Of a stretch of 64,000 nucleotides of DNA, positions 40,066 to 49,437 are shown piece by piece. The DNA is taken from the NCBI GenBank assembly GCA_029856155.1, contig JAHQWL010000072.1, positions 32,001 to 96,000 on the forward strand. The letters are read 5' to 3'. How positions within the stretch are numbered: the stretch's first letter is position 1; the number at the start of each line of letters is the position of its first letter. Source of the stretch: Promethearchaeia archaeon (GTDB lineage: Archaea; Asgardarchaeota; Lokiarchaeia; Sigyniarchaeales; SOKP01). A program made the position numbers and the translations under genes. Under the pieces are notes generated by a model that made no database searches, was not told the origin of the DNA, and worked only from the letters and a program-made list of their open reading frames with translations.

Positions 40066-40593
40066 CTATTTGTGTTTTATATATTTAATTAATCCTAATA
40101 TTAAATTTAATCTAGGGACTTTTTGTTTATATCTCTTGTAATCTTCACCAAATTTATCAATAAGATTTTTATCCTCTACGAATGTCCATTGATATGTTAA
40201 AATTATAATAATGATGCTAAGAATTAAGCTCAACCATATTTGAGTCCAGAATGTAATACTTGTACTAAATAATATACCTCCTAAATATTGTGGATGACGG
40301 ATAATAGCATATGGACCTCTTTCTACTACCTTTGTCGTATGCATATAGCTTTTACCCTTTTCTACACCCCCTCTTTTCTTAAAAGTCCAAAAAGAAATCA
40401 AACCAAAATATAGACTAAATACCCAAATTACATATCCTATATATACTAAAATGATTATATTTAATTCATTAAAGAATAGGAACATTAAGATTATTTGAAT
40501 TATAAATGACAATGTAAATATTGATGTAAATATTACATCTGTAATTCTAACTTTTTTCTTCTTTTCCTTAATAATATCCTGATTTTTCTCCAT
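40066..40593 (-). CDS. ICMT/PEMT-family membrane methyltransferase
   Basis: GPYAIIRHPQY, ED..L...FGEDY..YK.KVPR. Confidence 0.88.
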   Translation of the reverse strand: MEKNQDIIKEKKKKVRITDVIFTSIFTLSFIIQIILMFLFFNELNIIILVYIGYVIWVFSLYFGLISFWTFKKRGGVEKGKSYMHTTKVVERGPYAIIRHPQYLGGILFSTSITFWTQIWLSLILSIIIIILTYQWTFVEDKNLIDKFGEDYKRYKQKVPRLNLILGLIKYIKHK

Positions 40594-40732
40594 ATTTCAA
40601 GTGACCCCCTAGATTATTCTCTTCAAAATATTAATTACTTAGTAAATTTCTTTTTTTATTAGAAATTAAATCATTCTCTAACATTCCTAAAGTTTCACCT
40701 AAAATCTTAAATATTTAAAGTTACTAGATATA

Positions 40733-40758
40733 ATTAAGTTTGAATATTTAAACTTAAT
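40733..40758. promoter_or_regulatory. 26-bp palindrome, candidate PadR operator
   Basis: ATTAAGTTTGAAT|ATTTAAACTTAAT, 12 of 13 pairs, between divergent ICMT and padR genes. Confidence 0.5.
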
Positions 40759-40826
40759 CATTCAAAGTTAACCATAATATTTAACATTAAATTTAGTATT
40801 TCCTGTCTAAGATATGAATAAAATTC

Positions 40827-41456
40827 ATGCCGAAAAAGAGATATACTCCCCTTAAAACATTTATATTAGGTGTAATGAATACAATTCCAAGACCCATGAG
40901 CGGTTATGAGTTAATTTCATTAGCAAAAGAATGGCGATATGATCATTATATCAAAGCTACAAAAGCATCATTCTATTATGCATTAAAAAATCTAGAAGAT
41001 GATGATCTTATCAAAGAAGTAGGTTCTAAACAAAAAGGTAATCGACCTGAGCAAATAACCTATAAAATGTTGAATAAAGGCAAGCATGAATTCCAAGAAC
41101 AAATTTCTTATTTCCTTAATTATCCCCAGGAAATGTATTTCGATATTGATGCTTCAACACCTTTTATTATTCTATTTGGTATGTTTAAGGGAAAACAATT
41201 CATATTGGATTCTATTGATAATCAAATTAAAGAAAGACAAAAAATGTTAAAGATCGCCGATGATGGGGAGCAATTTGTTAAATCTCATTTTCTTTATGAA
41301 TTAAGTCCTTTCTATATACTACCTTTGAAACACTGGAGGCTTCATAATGAAGCAGAGATAAAATGGTTAGAACTATTTAAGGAAATGGTAGAAAGTATTG
41401 ATGATTTTAAAGAACAATATAATGAAATGATAAAACGCGCAATTACGAAGGGATAA
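40827..41456 (+). CDS. PadR-family transcriptional regulator
   Basis: ILG..PMSGYEL, Y.ALKNLE, RPE..Y...KG, C-terminal AEIKWL. Confidence 0.9.
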   Translation: MPKKRYTPLKTFILGVMNTIPRPMSGYELISLAKEWRYDHYIKATKASFYYALKNLEDDDLIKEVGSKQKGNRPEQITYKMLNKGKHEFQEQISYFLNYPQEMYFDIDASTPFIILFGMFKGKQFILDSIDNQIKERQKMLKIADDGEQFVKSHFLYELSPFYILPLKHWRLHNEAEIKWLELFKEMVESIDDFKEQYNEMIKRAITKG

Positions 41457-41489
41457 TTTAATATAAAGAGAAAATAATATTAAACGGGA

Positions 41490-42785
41490 CTATTCAGTGG
41501 GAGTTATTTTTGGATCCTTATCAGGATCCCAATTTACTGTAAATAAGAAATCTCTGCTTGTTTCATTTTTATAAATTAACGGAAATCCGCTAACTTTTTC
41601 GAATTTTAAGGCAAAATCTTCTAAATAATCATAATCAGGAAAGTAATCTTTAACTTGATTTTTACTTTTCAGTCTTTCGTTTATCAATAAAGCTTTTGCT
41701 TGTAATGTAAATCCTTTAATTTCAAAAAAATTCGGATTTGTTTTTTCAATTATTTTAGCATATTCAGTTATATACTTATCTTCTATGTTCAAGTTTTTTA
41801 CTGCAGTCAACCTGACTAGAGTTCTACAAGATAAAGATTCTACCAAATCTAAACTATTTAATACTTGATTCCAACCATTTCTAATCATTGGACGACAAGT
41901 AGTCTTATAAATTTGTTCGTTTGGAGCAGCTAATGTAATATATAACTGCGTAGGTAAATGTTCCAACTTTTCAATCTTTTCTGTTAGAGTTCCATTAGTG
42001 ACAATAAATGTCGTCATATTACGACTTTTAAATTCATGAACAAATTCAGAAATTCTTGGATATAGAAGTGGTTCTCCATCTAGAGAAATAGCTGCATGAT
42101 TTGGTGTCATTGCTTCATTATGAGCTTGCATTATTTCATCAGGTGATGTCAATTCTCTATTAATTAAAACTTCTAACTCTTCTCTGGAGCCAATGCAACA
42201 ATTAATATCATCATCTAATCTAAACTTATTGAATAGGCGATCAGTTGATTTAATAAATTTTTGATTCTTTAGAAGAGTGACTGCCCGTTCAATTTTATTT
42301 TTCGAAATGTGAATACTATTTGCAATGGAATTTACACTGTGGATTCGTTGACTATTTAAAAGCATATAATAGAGGATGTCAATCATTATTTCATAATTAT
42401 CAAGGTATCGTCTCAGAGGTAAGTGATTCTTAATGATGTCTTTATGATGTCGCAGCATTTCATCGATAAGTAATTTAGGGTTATCAGGTTCAACAATAAA
42501 TTCACTCCCTAGTGATCCAGACTCTATATCCCTCCAACAAAAAACACATTGATGGTTACAAAAGGGTAGTGAAGGGGTATTTTGCATGCACCTATGGCTT
42601 TCTATTCCAAATACACCCTTATAGCAATTACGATTATTTCTTCCAGTTGAAAGTCTTTGCTCAAGCCAATGACAAGGTTTAATAGAAGAATGTTTATTTT
42701 CTCCAACGATTCTATAAGTAGTTTTAGTGTAGTTTTCTACAAATTCATTTGTGATTTTGTTTTCAACGATAAATCTATTTTTCAT
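41490..42785 (-). CDS. taw1: 4-demethylwyosine synthase Taw1/TYW1 (radical SAM) with wHTH insertion
   Basis: HS.IK.CHW, CYK..FGI.SHRC, CNHQCVFCWR, HAAISL.GEP, VTNG, TQLY. Confidence 0.93.
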   Translation of the reverse strand: MKNRFIVENKITNEFVENYTKTTYRIVGENKHSSIKPCHWLEQRLSTGRNNRNCYKGVFGIESHRCMQNTPSLPFCNHQCVFCWRDIESGSLGSEFIVEPDNPKLLIDEMLRHHKDIIKNHLPLRRYLDNYEIMIDILYYMLLNSQRIHSVNSIANSIHISKNKIERAVTLLKNQKFIKSTDRLFNKFRLDDDINCCIGSREELEVLINRELTSPDEIMQAHNEAMTPNHAAISLDGEPLLYPRISEFVHEFKSRNMTTFIVTNGTLTEKIEKLEHLPTQLYITLAAPNEQIYKTTCRPMIRNGWNQVLNSLDLVESLSCRTLVRLTAVKNLNIEDKYITEYAKIIEKTNPNFFEIKGFTLQAKALLINERLKSKNQVKDYFPDYDYLEDFALKFEKVSGFPLIYKNETSRDFLFTVNWDPDKDPKITPTE

Positions 42786-42871
42786 TAAGGAACCACTTTA
42801 ACCAAGAAATTCTCACTAGTTTATATAAATAATTGTATCTTATTAAGATATTAAATAATATTCTTTAAAAT

Positions 42872-42905
42872 TATAAGTACTTAAATAATTATTGCAGTAC
42901 TTATA
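42872..42905. promoter_or_regulatory. 34-bp imperfect palindrome in divergent promoter region
   Basis: TATAAGTACT-ta-AATAATTATT-gc-AGTACTTATA, 15 of 17 pairs. Confidence 0.45.
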
Positions 42906-42962
42906 GAATATAACTAAAATTATGGTTTTAGTTAATTAAGATAAATTAAAAAATGGTTCAAA

Positions 42963-43838
42963 ATGCTAAATAGAATGAAAAGCGAGTTGTTAAATTTAGG
43001 CTTAAAATTTATTGATGTTGATGAGAAAATCGTTCGAATGATACTAGAAACTAGCCCTTCAAATGTAAATGAAATAGTAATACTCCCAGCTATTAAAATT
43101 GTAATGAAAAAATTATTGAAGAAATTAGAGAATAAAAGGATTTATGGAAGAGTATATAACGGAGAGCTAAATAATGTTAAAGTCAGTATTGTTCGTTCTT
43201 TAGTTGGATCACCTAATTGTGCAATGGCGGTAGAGTCCTTAAGACGTTGTAAAACTAAGGTTATTATACGAATTGATGTATGTGGAGGAATTGAAAATGA
43301 AAATGTACCAATTAATATTGGAGACATTATAATCCCAAAATTAGCTTTTTGTGATGAAGGAACAAGTCCTCAATATATTAGAGAACACCCTTCTTTAGTA
43401 AATGAATTAGAGTCCATTTCTAATCCAATGGGAAAATTTCAAAACTTATTCACAGGAAATCAAACTATTTTTATATCTAAACCTAATGAGAAACTAAGAG
43501 AATTGTTTTCAAGCAAAGCTACCGAACTTTTTCCAAATAACTTTAAGGAAACTAATTTATGGACCACTGATGCTCTATTTTGTGAAAGTTTAGATTTCAT
43601 AAGGGCTCTAACTTCGATTAATGTACATACTATTGATATGGAATCATCTATATTATTTTTATTAGGGAAGATTTACAATTTAAAAACAGTATCCATTCTC
43701 TCTGTTTCGGATTTACCGGGGCATCCAAAGTATGATTTACTAAATTCGAATGAGATTCATCCGAATATGGAGAATGGAATTGATAATGCGATTAAATTAT
43801 TAATCCAACTCTTATCTAGTGTTAAGAAAGAAATTTAA
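42963..43838 (+). CDS. Nucleoside phosphorylase (PNP/UDP family)
   Basis: GSPNCAMAVE, IIRI..CGG, DEGTS, WTTDA, DMESS, VSD. Confidence 0.85.
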   Translation: MLNRMKSELLNLGLKFIDVDEKIVRMILETSPSNVNEIVILPAIKIVMKKLLKKLENKRIYGRVYNGELNNVKVSIVRSLVGSPNCAMAVESLRRCKTKVIIRIDVCGGIENENVPINIGDIIIPKLAFCDEGTSPQYIREHPSLVNELESISNPMGKFQNLFTGNQTIFISKPNEKLRELFSSKATELFPNNFKETNLWTTDALFCESLDFIRALTSINVHTIDMESSILFLLGKIYNLKTVSILSVSDLPGHPKYDLLNSNEIHPNMENGIDNAIKLLIQLLSSVKKEI

Positions 43839-43864
43839 TACCGATAAAAGAAACTAAAATTTAC

Positions 43865-44749
43865 TTAAAGTCCTTTTAGGAGTGAGCTAAAATCAGGTTC
43901 ATCAAAAAATTCATTATATAATTTAAGGAGCTCAATATTAACTAAATGAATTTTCTTACCTGACTGGTTTTTAGTAGATTTTACAAGATTAAGTTCTTTT
44001 AATTTTTTAATGTGATATAAAATTGTTCCTGAATACATATCAAGGATTTCAGCCATTTTTGAGACAGTTACTAATTCATCCTTAAATATCTGTTCTAATA
44101 GTTTAGGAATCAAGGGATTTAAAAAGATAATTTTGTATTTATCATAATCCTCTGGCACATCACGAAGAAAATAATGAAGAGATTTCCCAATTTTCTTGGA
44201 TCTTATTAACTTAAAACGTTCAAGAGTCATCACATGTTTTAAAAATGGGGTTCTAGTAATATCTAATTCTTCTTCGATTTTTTCATCTCTAGCATGAATC
44301 CCTGGATTTTCTTTTATGAAATCAAGTATTTTTACCAGTCTTTCATTAGTAAGTATCTCTAATTTAGTACGTCTTTCATTGGTTACAATCCAATTTTTCT
44401 CTTCTAAACTTCGAATAGCAATAAAAATTTCTTCCTTGCTATAACCTTTTCTGTATGATAATTTTGCGATGCATTTAGCATATAATTTTTCGATTATTGG
44501 ATACTTTTGGATTTGACTTTCTGATTCAATTTCAAATTCACTTTCATATCGCTTTAATTTCAATATATCCGTAGCAATATCTAATACATCTTTTTCAATT
44601 TCGTTAAGTTCATCAACAATTTCTTCTTGTTTTTCTTCTTCTTTCTCCACTTCTTGTAAAGGTCTAAAATCAAGGCGCCTATATGAACTATCCTGTAGAT
44701 TTTCTTCTTCCTTGCCTCGTTTGGGTTCTCTTCTTCTTTCAAGCGACAT
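43865..44749 (-). CDS. Multi-winged-helix transcriptional regulator
   Basis: ILDFIKENPGIH...H..TLE...IRSKK.G...YF and second HTH VSKMAEILDMYSGTILYHIKKLKELNLV. Confidence 0.8.
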   Translation of the reverse strand: MSLERRREPKRGKEEENLQDSSYRRLDFRPLQEVEKEEEKQEEIVDELNEIEKDVLDIATDILKLKRYESEFEIESESQIQKYPIIEKLYAKCIAKLSYRKGYSKEEIFIAIRSLEEKNWIVTNERRTKLEILTNERLVKILDFIKENPGIHARDEKIEEELDITRTPFLKHVMTLERFKLIRSKKIGKSLHYFLRDVPEDYDKYKIIFLNPLIPKLLEQIFKDELVTVSKMAEILDMYSGTILYHIKKLKELNLVKSTKNQSGKKIHLVNIELLKLYNEFFDEPDFSSLLKGL

Positions 44750-44751
44750 AT

Positions 44752-46365
44752 TTAGGCGTTTTCCTCTAAAAATTGAACAAATTTTATTTGTTCTTCAACA
44801 TCCATATATTTTAATTGTTCTACAATCTTATCATAATGTTTAGGTTTAACATTTTGAAGTTTTCGAATTCTATTGATTAATTTTTTAGGTATTTCTCTAT
44901 AAAGTCTTACAATTGCATCAATATATTTAACTTGTTCCTCTTTTGTTAGGAAAGCAAGTTCTTCTAACAACTCCCTCTTTTCTTTTTTAGAAACTTTTAA
45001 ATCTGTTATCTGCTTCCTTAAATCTTTGGATAACAGAACAAAAATTTTAGAGAAATATTCTTTTACCAACTTCTTATCTTTTTCATCCTTTACTGGTAGA
45101 AGGGATTCATGCAATTTTAAATTGTATTCTATTTCTCTTTTTGCCCTTTCTTCTTTATCTATTTTTAACGGGATCTCCTCAAGCTCCTTTATAGTAATTT
45201 CCTCTATTTTTTCTGGTTCACTGCCAATTTTTTCTTCTTCAGGACTAATTGGTGCTTGAGTTTCGATCGGTTTTTCTACGAGTTTTATTTTAATTTCTTT
45301 TTCTTCAAGGGATACCCTCTCTGGATGTTCTATTTTTCTATGCACGAGAATTGGAGGTGTGGGCGGAATTGGAGGAGTTGGGGCGATATATGCTGGTTTT
45401 GTGACTGTTGATTCTATTCGGGATTTTTCTTTTGGTTTTCCAAGAAATAAGAAAAATAACAACACACCTTTCAGTAAGATAAAGATTCCTGCAGCATAAA
45501 ATATTATACCAAAAATCCCAAGAAAGAAAAATTTGGCCGAATCTTTAAATTTAAATTGTTGTTTTTCTTTAATTTCATTTTTTGTTCTACTATCAATAAG
45601 TAGAACTGATAAAGCAATTAATAGAAAACCGAAATAAAATAATAGTATTGACGGAATTTCGATATTAAACGGTAAAATTATTCTCCAATCACTCATCCTG
45701 GGGATATAAATTCCATCTGAATATATTCTAAATATTCCAAATAGAATTATTAAAAAACCCGCTTTTGCAGAAAAATAATTCAAAGAATTTTTTGCAAGTA
45801 AACCAAGATCATATTTTTTAAGGTCCTTATTTTTTGAATCTGTAATAACATAGATTATAATAAAGATACCTTTAATAAGGATTATAACTCCAAGCCCATA
45901 TAAGATACAACCTAAAATCCCAAAGACAAATGAGTCTAGAAAAATCTCATTATACTTTTTCTCCTTTACTTTGTGAGAAATATATGCTCTATCATAGATT
46001 AAGAGAAATAACCCCATCAAACCTTGAGAAATTTGTTCAAATAGAATCCCTGCATCCCAATAAATAGCAATTTGAGATATCAATCCAAAAGCAACAAATG
46101 TAAAAATAAATAGTGGAATAAAGGATATTTTATTTAAAAATTGTATTAGTTTCTCTAAATTAGATGATTTTTTTTCTGAAATTGCTTGATATGGTTTTTT
46201 CTTCCTCATATATGGAGTTTGAGCTGGTTTGAATACAACTCCTTCCAAAATAAAGGGAGATCCACATCTTTCACAATAAACTTGAACGTTACTTTCAATT
46301 AAGTGGGATAATTCATCAGGAAACGCATAATTACATTCCCTACATACATACATCTTCTTTGACAT
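44752..46365 (-). CDS. Zn-ribbon multi-TM protein with Pro-rich linker and helical C-terminal repeats
   Basis: N-terminal CxxC-x19-CxxC, duplicated TM unit, PTPPIPPTPP, duplicated helical tail. Confidence 0.75.
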   Translation of the reverse strand: MSKKMYVCRECNYAFPDELSHLIESNVQVYCERCGSPFILEGVVFKPAQTPYMRKKKPYQAISEKKSSNLEKLIQFLNKISFIPLFIFTFVAFGLISQIAIYWDAGILFEQISQGLMGLFLLIYDRAYISHKVKEKKYNEIFLDSFVFGILGCILYGLGVIILIKGIFIIIYVITDSKNKDLKKYDLGLLAKNSLNYFSAKAGFLIILFGIFRIYSDGIYIPRMSDWRIILPFNIEIPSILLFYFGFLLIALSVLLIDSRTKNEIKEKQQFKFKDSAKFFFLGIFGIIFYAAGIFILLKGVLLFFLFLGKPKEKSRIESTVTKPAYIAPTPPIPPTPPILVHRKIEHPERVSLEEKEIKIKLVEKPIETQAPISPEEEKIGSEPEKIEEITIKELEEIPLKIDKEERAKREIEYNLKLHESLLPVKDEKDKKLVKEYFSKIFVLLSKDLRKQITDLKVSKKEKRELLEELAFLTKEEQVKYIDAIVRLYREIPKKLINRIRKLQNVKPKHYDKIVEQLKYMDVEEQIKFVQFLEENA

Positions 46366-46444
46366 ATACTTTTACTACACCTATATAATTATATTCTTGA
46401 TCGTTTACTTTAATGTTTTTTGCTTAAAAACGTATAAAAATTAA

Positions 46445-46930
46445 TTAAGGAGAGACAGATAGAGCCCTAAGGGCGTTACTTAGAGTAAGAAGCTTTCCAC
46501 AATTCTCACAAAAAGCCATTCCATTCTTTTCAAAATGTATTTTCATTTTTTCAGAGATCTTTCTCCCACATTCACTACAATATTCTAAAATGTAAATATT
46601 ATCATTTGTCATATTATTCTGAATATCTACATCTTCAACCTTTTGTTTGGAGGGCTTTTTTTTACCAGAAACTAGGAAGTAGAATCCTTCAAATAGTTTA
46701 TAGAAACCAAATCCGACACCTTTAAGAAGATAGTATATTCCTTTTAAAACATAATATACTAAATATGCTATTCCTTTAATGGTGTAATATACAAGAGTTA
46801 TAGCTAATACCAGCACAGTAATTAGTCCAATTATTGTTAAAACTTGCCCATAAATAGGCTGTACTAAATACCATTCGACAAATACATTATACCAGAAACC
46901 AATAGTATCAAAAAAATTCTCCCAATCCAA
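46445..46930 (-). CDS. Membrane protein with C-terminal Zn ribbon
   Basis: TM helix, LVYYxxKGIxY repeats, CxxC-x19-CxxC; TTG start. Confidence 0.7.
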   Translation of the reverse strand: MDWENFFDTIGFWYNVFVEWYLVQPIYGQVLTIIGLITVLVLAITLVYYTIKGIAYLVYYVLKGIYYLLKGVGFGFYKLFEGFYFLVSGKKKPSKQKVEDVDIQNNMTNDNIYILEYCSECGRKISEKMKIHFEKNGMAFCENCGKLLTLSNALRALSVSP

Positions 46931-47035
46931 TTTTAATTCACCAATTTTATCTATTTTTATTCCTACTAAAAAGAAGTTTAAAGTTGATTTTAAAAAAAAT
47001 GGAGTCCAATTTTTAAAATAATGGAAAATGAAATA

Positions 47036-47536
47036 TTAATAAATTATTTTTTTCCACTCTAAAGCTTGAACTGTTTTTTGAAGGGAATGATCATCATCTA
47101 CTATATTATACACAAGATTTGTGAATAATTTTTCAGCACGAACCCGAGATAGATTAATTGGAACGACTCTATCCTGGTTACCATGAAAAACTATAACCGG
47201 GACGTCTACAGGGGTATACTTATTAGGATCTAGTTCCTGGCATGACAAATAAGGTGCGAGTAGAATTAATTTAGATACTTTTGATGGATTTTTTAGAGTG
47301 AAAAGGGTTCCTAATAGCGCTCCAAAACTACTAGCTATAATACTCCAATTTGCTTTATCCTTCATAATGGGAATTAATTGCGCCATACGTTCTTTTAATA
47401 AATTTATAATTGGAATTTTTGGAGTATATGGAGTAAAATTTGGAGTCAAACAACCAGGTAATGCTTTCCTTAATAATTGTCCCTTAAATCCTTCACCAGA
47501 ACTCTCAAGTCCATGAATAAAAATTATGTTTGACAT
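47036..47536 (-). CDS. Small alpha/beta hydrolase (YqiA-like esterase)
   Basis: FIHGLES, ASSFG nucleophile elbow, HG.QD.VVP, DDHSL. Confidence 0.88.
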   Translation of the reverse strand: MSNIIFIHGLESSGEGFKGQLLRKALPGCLTPNFTPYTPKIPIINLLKERMAQLIPIMKDKANWSIIASSFGALLGTLFTLKNPSKVSKLILLAPYLSCQELDPNKYTPVDVPVIVFHGNQDRVVPINLSRVRAEKLFTNLVYNIVDDDHSLQKTVQALEWKKIIY

Positions 47537-47553
47537 ATTTTTATAATTCTTTT

Positions 47554-48612
47554 TTACTTTTCTACTGTTGATGGAAAATTCTCATTTTCCTCTTTCCATA
47601 ATCTCATTTCCTTCTTATGCCCAAAAAATACAAGAACAAAAAAAATTGAAAAATAAATTGTTAAAATTAATAATGTAAAAAAATAATATTTGTATGTAAA
47701 ACTCATAAAATGTAAAGCCAACCCTATTATAAAACCAGTAAATAACCTCGATCCTGTAGTACTTTTTCTTAATAAAAGCCTTTGGGTCCCCCAATCTATA
47801 AGCCCTGGTATTGGCAGGATTATACACATAAGTAATGCTATTTCTGCACTAAATTCCACTTGGAAGATTTTAGCAGTTAAATATGTCGTGAACATTGCAG
47901 ACAATCCCCCAAGTATTACACCCGAACATCTTGTGCAAAAATATATTTTAGTTCTTCCAAATTGGAGATAAAAAGTATGATCACTCGCTGAAAGAGGATG
48001 ATGTGTTAAGATCATATAATACAAATGTTTTTCCTCTTTAGCAAGAATTCTATCATAGATGAGGAGAAATACTGGTATTACAAATATTACTGAAATAATT
48101 GCTTGAAGAAAGAATTTAAAACCATAATTTATCACGATAACTTCGATTGTGTTTTGATTAGGATAAATGAAAAATTGAAAAACAATAATGAGACTAAAGA
48201 CTATAAAGGATGCAATGATAAGAGCAATAAACGTATAATATACTTTAATCCCATCATGATATTTTAAAGGGTGATATTTATAGATTCCATATAAAAACCC
48301 TAATGCGCCTATAATAATACACCATTCAATATAAAAAGTATGATAAAAAGCTAATTGATATAGCAATTCTCCTAGAAAACCTGATATTAATCCTTGAATT
48401 GGACCTGCTAATATTGAAAAAAATGTAAAAATCAGAAGAGTTATGCCAAATTGTATTGAAAATTCCTGATTCGTTATATAAATTGTAGAAATGGAGCCAA
48501 AGGGTTCAGAAATATACACATAAGAAATTATAATAAAAGCTATAATTAAAAGATTTAAAAAAATGACCCGTACAATATTATTTTGCTCCTTTTTCTGAGC
48601 AGGTTCAGTCAA
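47554..48612 (-). CDS. Membrane fusion protein: ECF S-component-like + DUF2085-like domain
   Basis: LAGPIQGLISGFLGELL (S-component-like); HHP...HT, FCTRCSG, IDWGTQ, R..TG (DUF2085-like); probable TTG start at 48612 (ORF open to 48687). Confidence 0.65.
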   Translation of the reverse strand: MTEPAQKKEQNNIVRVIFLNLLIIAFIIISYVYISEPFGSISTIYITNQEFSIQFGITLLIFTFFSILAGPIQGLISGFLGELLYQLAFYHTFYIEWCIIIGALGFLYGIYKYHPLKYHDGIKVYYTFIALIIASFIVFSLIIVFQFFIYPNQNTIEVIVINYGFKFFLQAIISVIFVIPVFLLIYDRILAKEEKHLYYMILTHHPLSASDHTFYLQFGRTKIYFCTRCSGVILGGLSAMFTTYLTAKIFQVEFSAEIALLMCIILPIPGLIDWGTQRLLLRKSTTGSRLFTGFIIGLALHFMSFTYKYYFFTLLILTIYFSIFFVLVFFGHKKEMRLWKEENENFPSTVEK

Positions 48613-48667
48613 GGTAAACCCATACTTTTTATTTATGTGTCTTTCAAATATTAAATGTGAAGAGATC

Positions 48668-49327
48668 TTAATTAAAAATCTCGTCAAGGTCTTCGATTAA
48701 CTTCTTCTTTGTCATTTCAAAACCCAATCGCAGTACTTTCAGGATAATATTCCTTCCTAGGAACACCTTTAAAATAGTATCATCCTTTTCCACAACTGCA
48801 ATTCCTTCATCATTATAATCAAGCTGACGTTTTAAAGCTTCATATGCTTTTTCTTTTGTTTTAAAAGTTGCTCTAGATAACTCACTGTATCCTTTAACAT
48901 CATCAGTTACTTTTAGAAAAAGGATACTTTCTTCTATTTGCGTTATAAAGCATTTCTTAGTTACTTCCTTTAATTTTCTATAGTTTTGGTGAGTATTTTT
49001 ACACTGACGATCTGTCTGATCGTTTTCTAAATATATAGGAAAATTCTTATTGACAATATGATCAAATTTCTCTTTTGAGATCTCTCCATTTTGAACTAAT
49101 TCTTTCGCGGAATCAAGTGTAACTCGAATTTGTTCTAATGTACCAATTGTTGCTTCCTTGTCGCTCCAGTATTTATAAAATGCTTTAATTATTGGTTTAA
49201 CTACAAAATTTAAAGTGCCAGCATCTAATTCAGTATCAATGAGATTTTTTCCATAATTAAGGCTTGTCTCCATTTGCTCAATCATCCTTTTCTCTAAGAT
49301 CTTATAGTTTCTTTCTATGTAATCCAT
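48668..49327 (-). CDS. Hypothetical helical protein, tandem paralog 2
   Basis: Colinear homolog of 49438..50100 (MDYIERNY..., DQT.RQC). Confidence 0.8.
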   Translation of the reverse strand: MDYIERNYKILEKRMIEQMETSLNYGKNLIDTELDAGTLNFVVKPIIKAFYKYWSDKEATIGTLEQIRVTLDSAKELVQNGEISKEKFDHIVNKNFPIYLENDQTDRQCKNTHQNYRKLKEVTKKCFITQIEESILFLKVTDDVKGYSELSRATFKTKEKAYEALKRQLDYNDEGIAVVEKDDTILKVFLGRNIILKVLRLGFEMTKKKLIEDLDEIFN

Positions 49328-49437
49328 TATTAAGCCCAAATCTCATTAATATTATAATAATTTTAAATTTCTAAAATTTAATCAAAAACAACCTACAAAC
49401 TTTATTTGTAAAATCTATCATTAAATTAATATTTTAA

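Noticed and set aside
36062-40593. ICMT-family gene near Rab-like GTPases as a prenylation system
   Set aside because: The Rab-like proteins have no C-terminal Cys; EngB ends KKCP, which is not CaaX; the ICMT/PEMT family is widespread in prokaryotes
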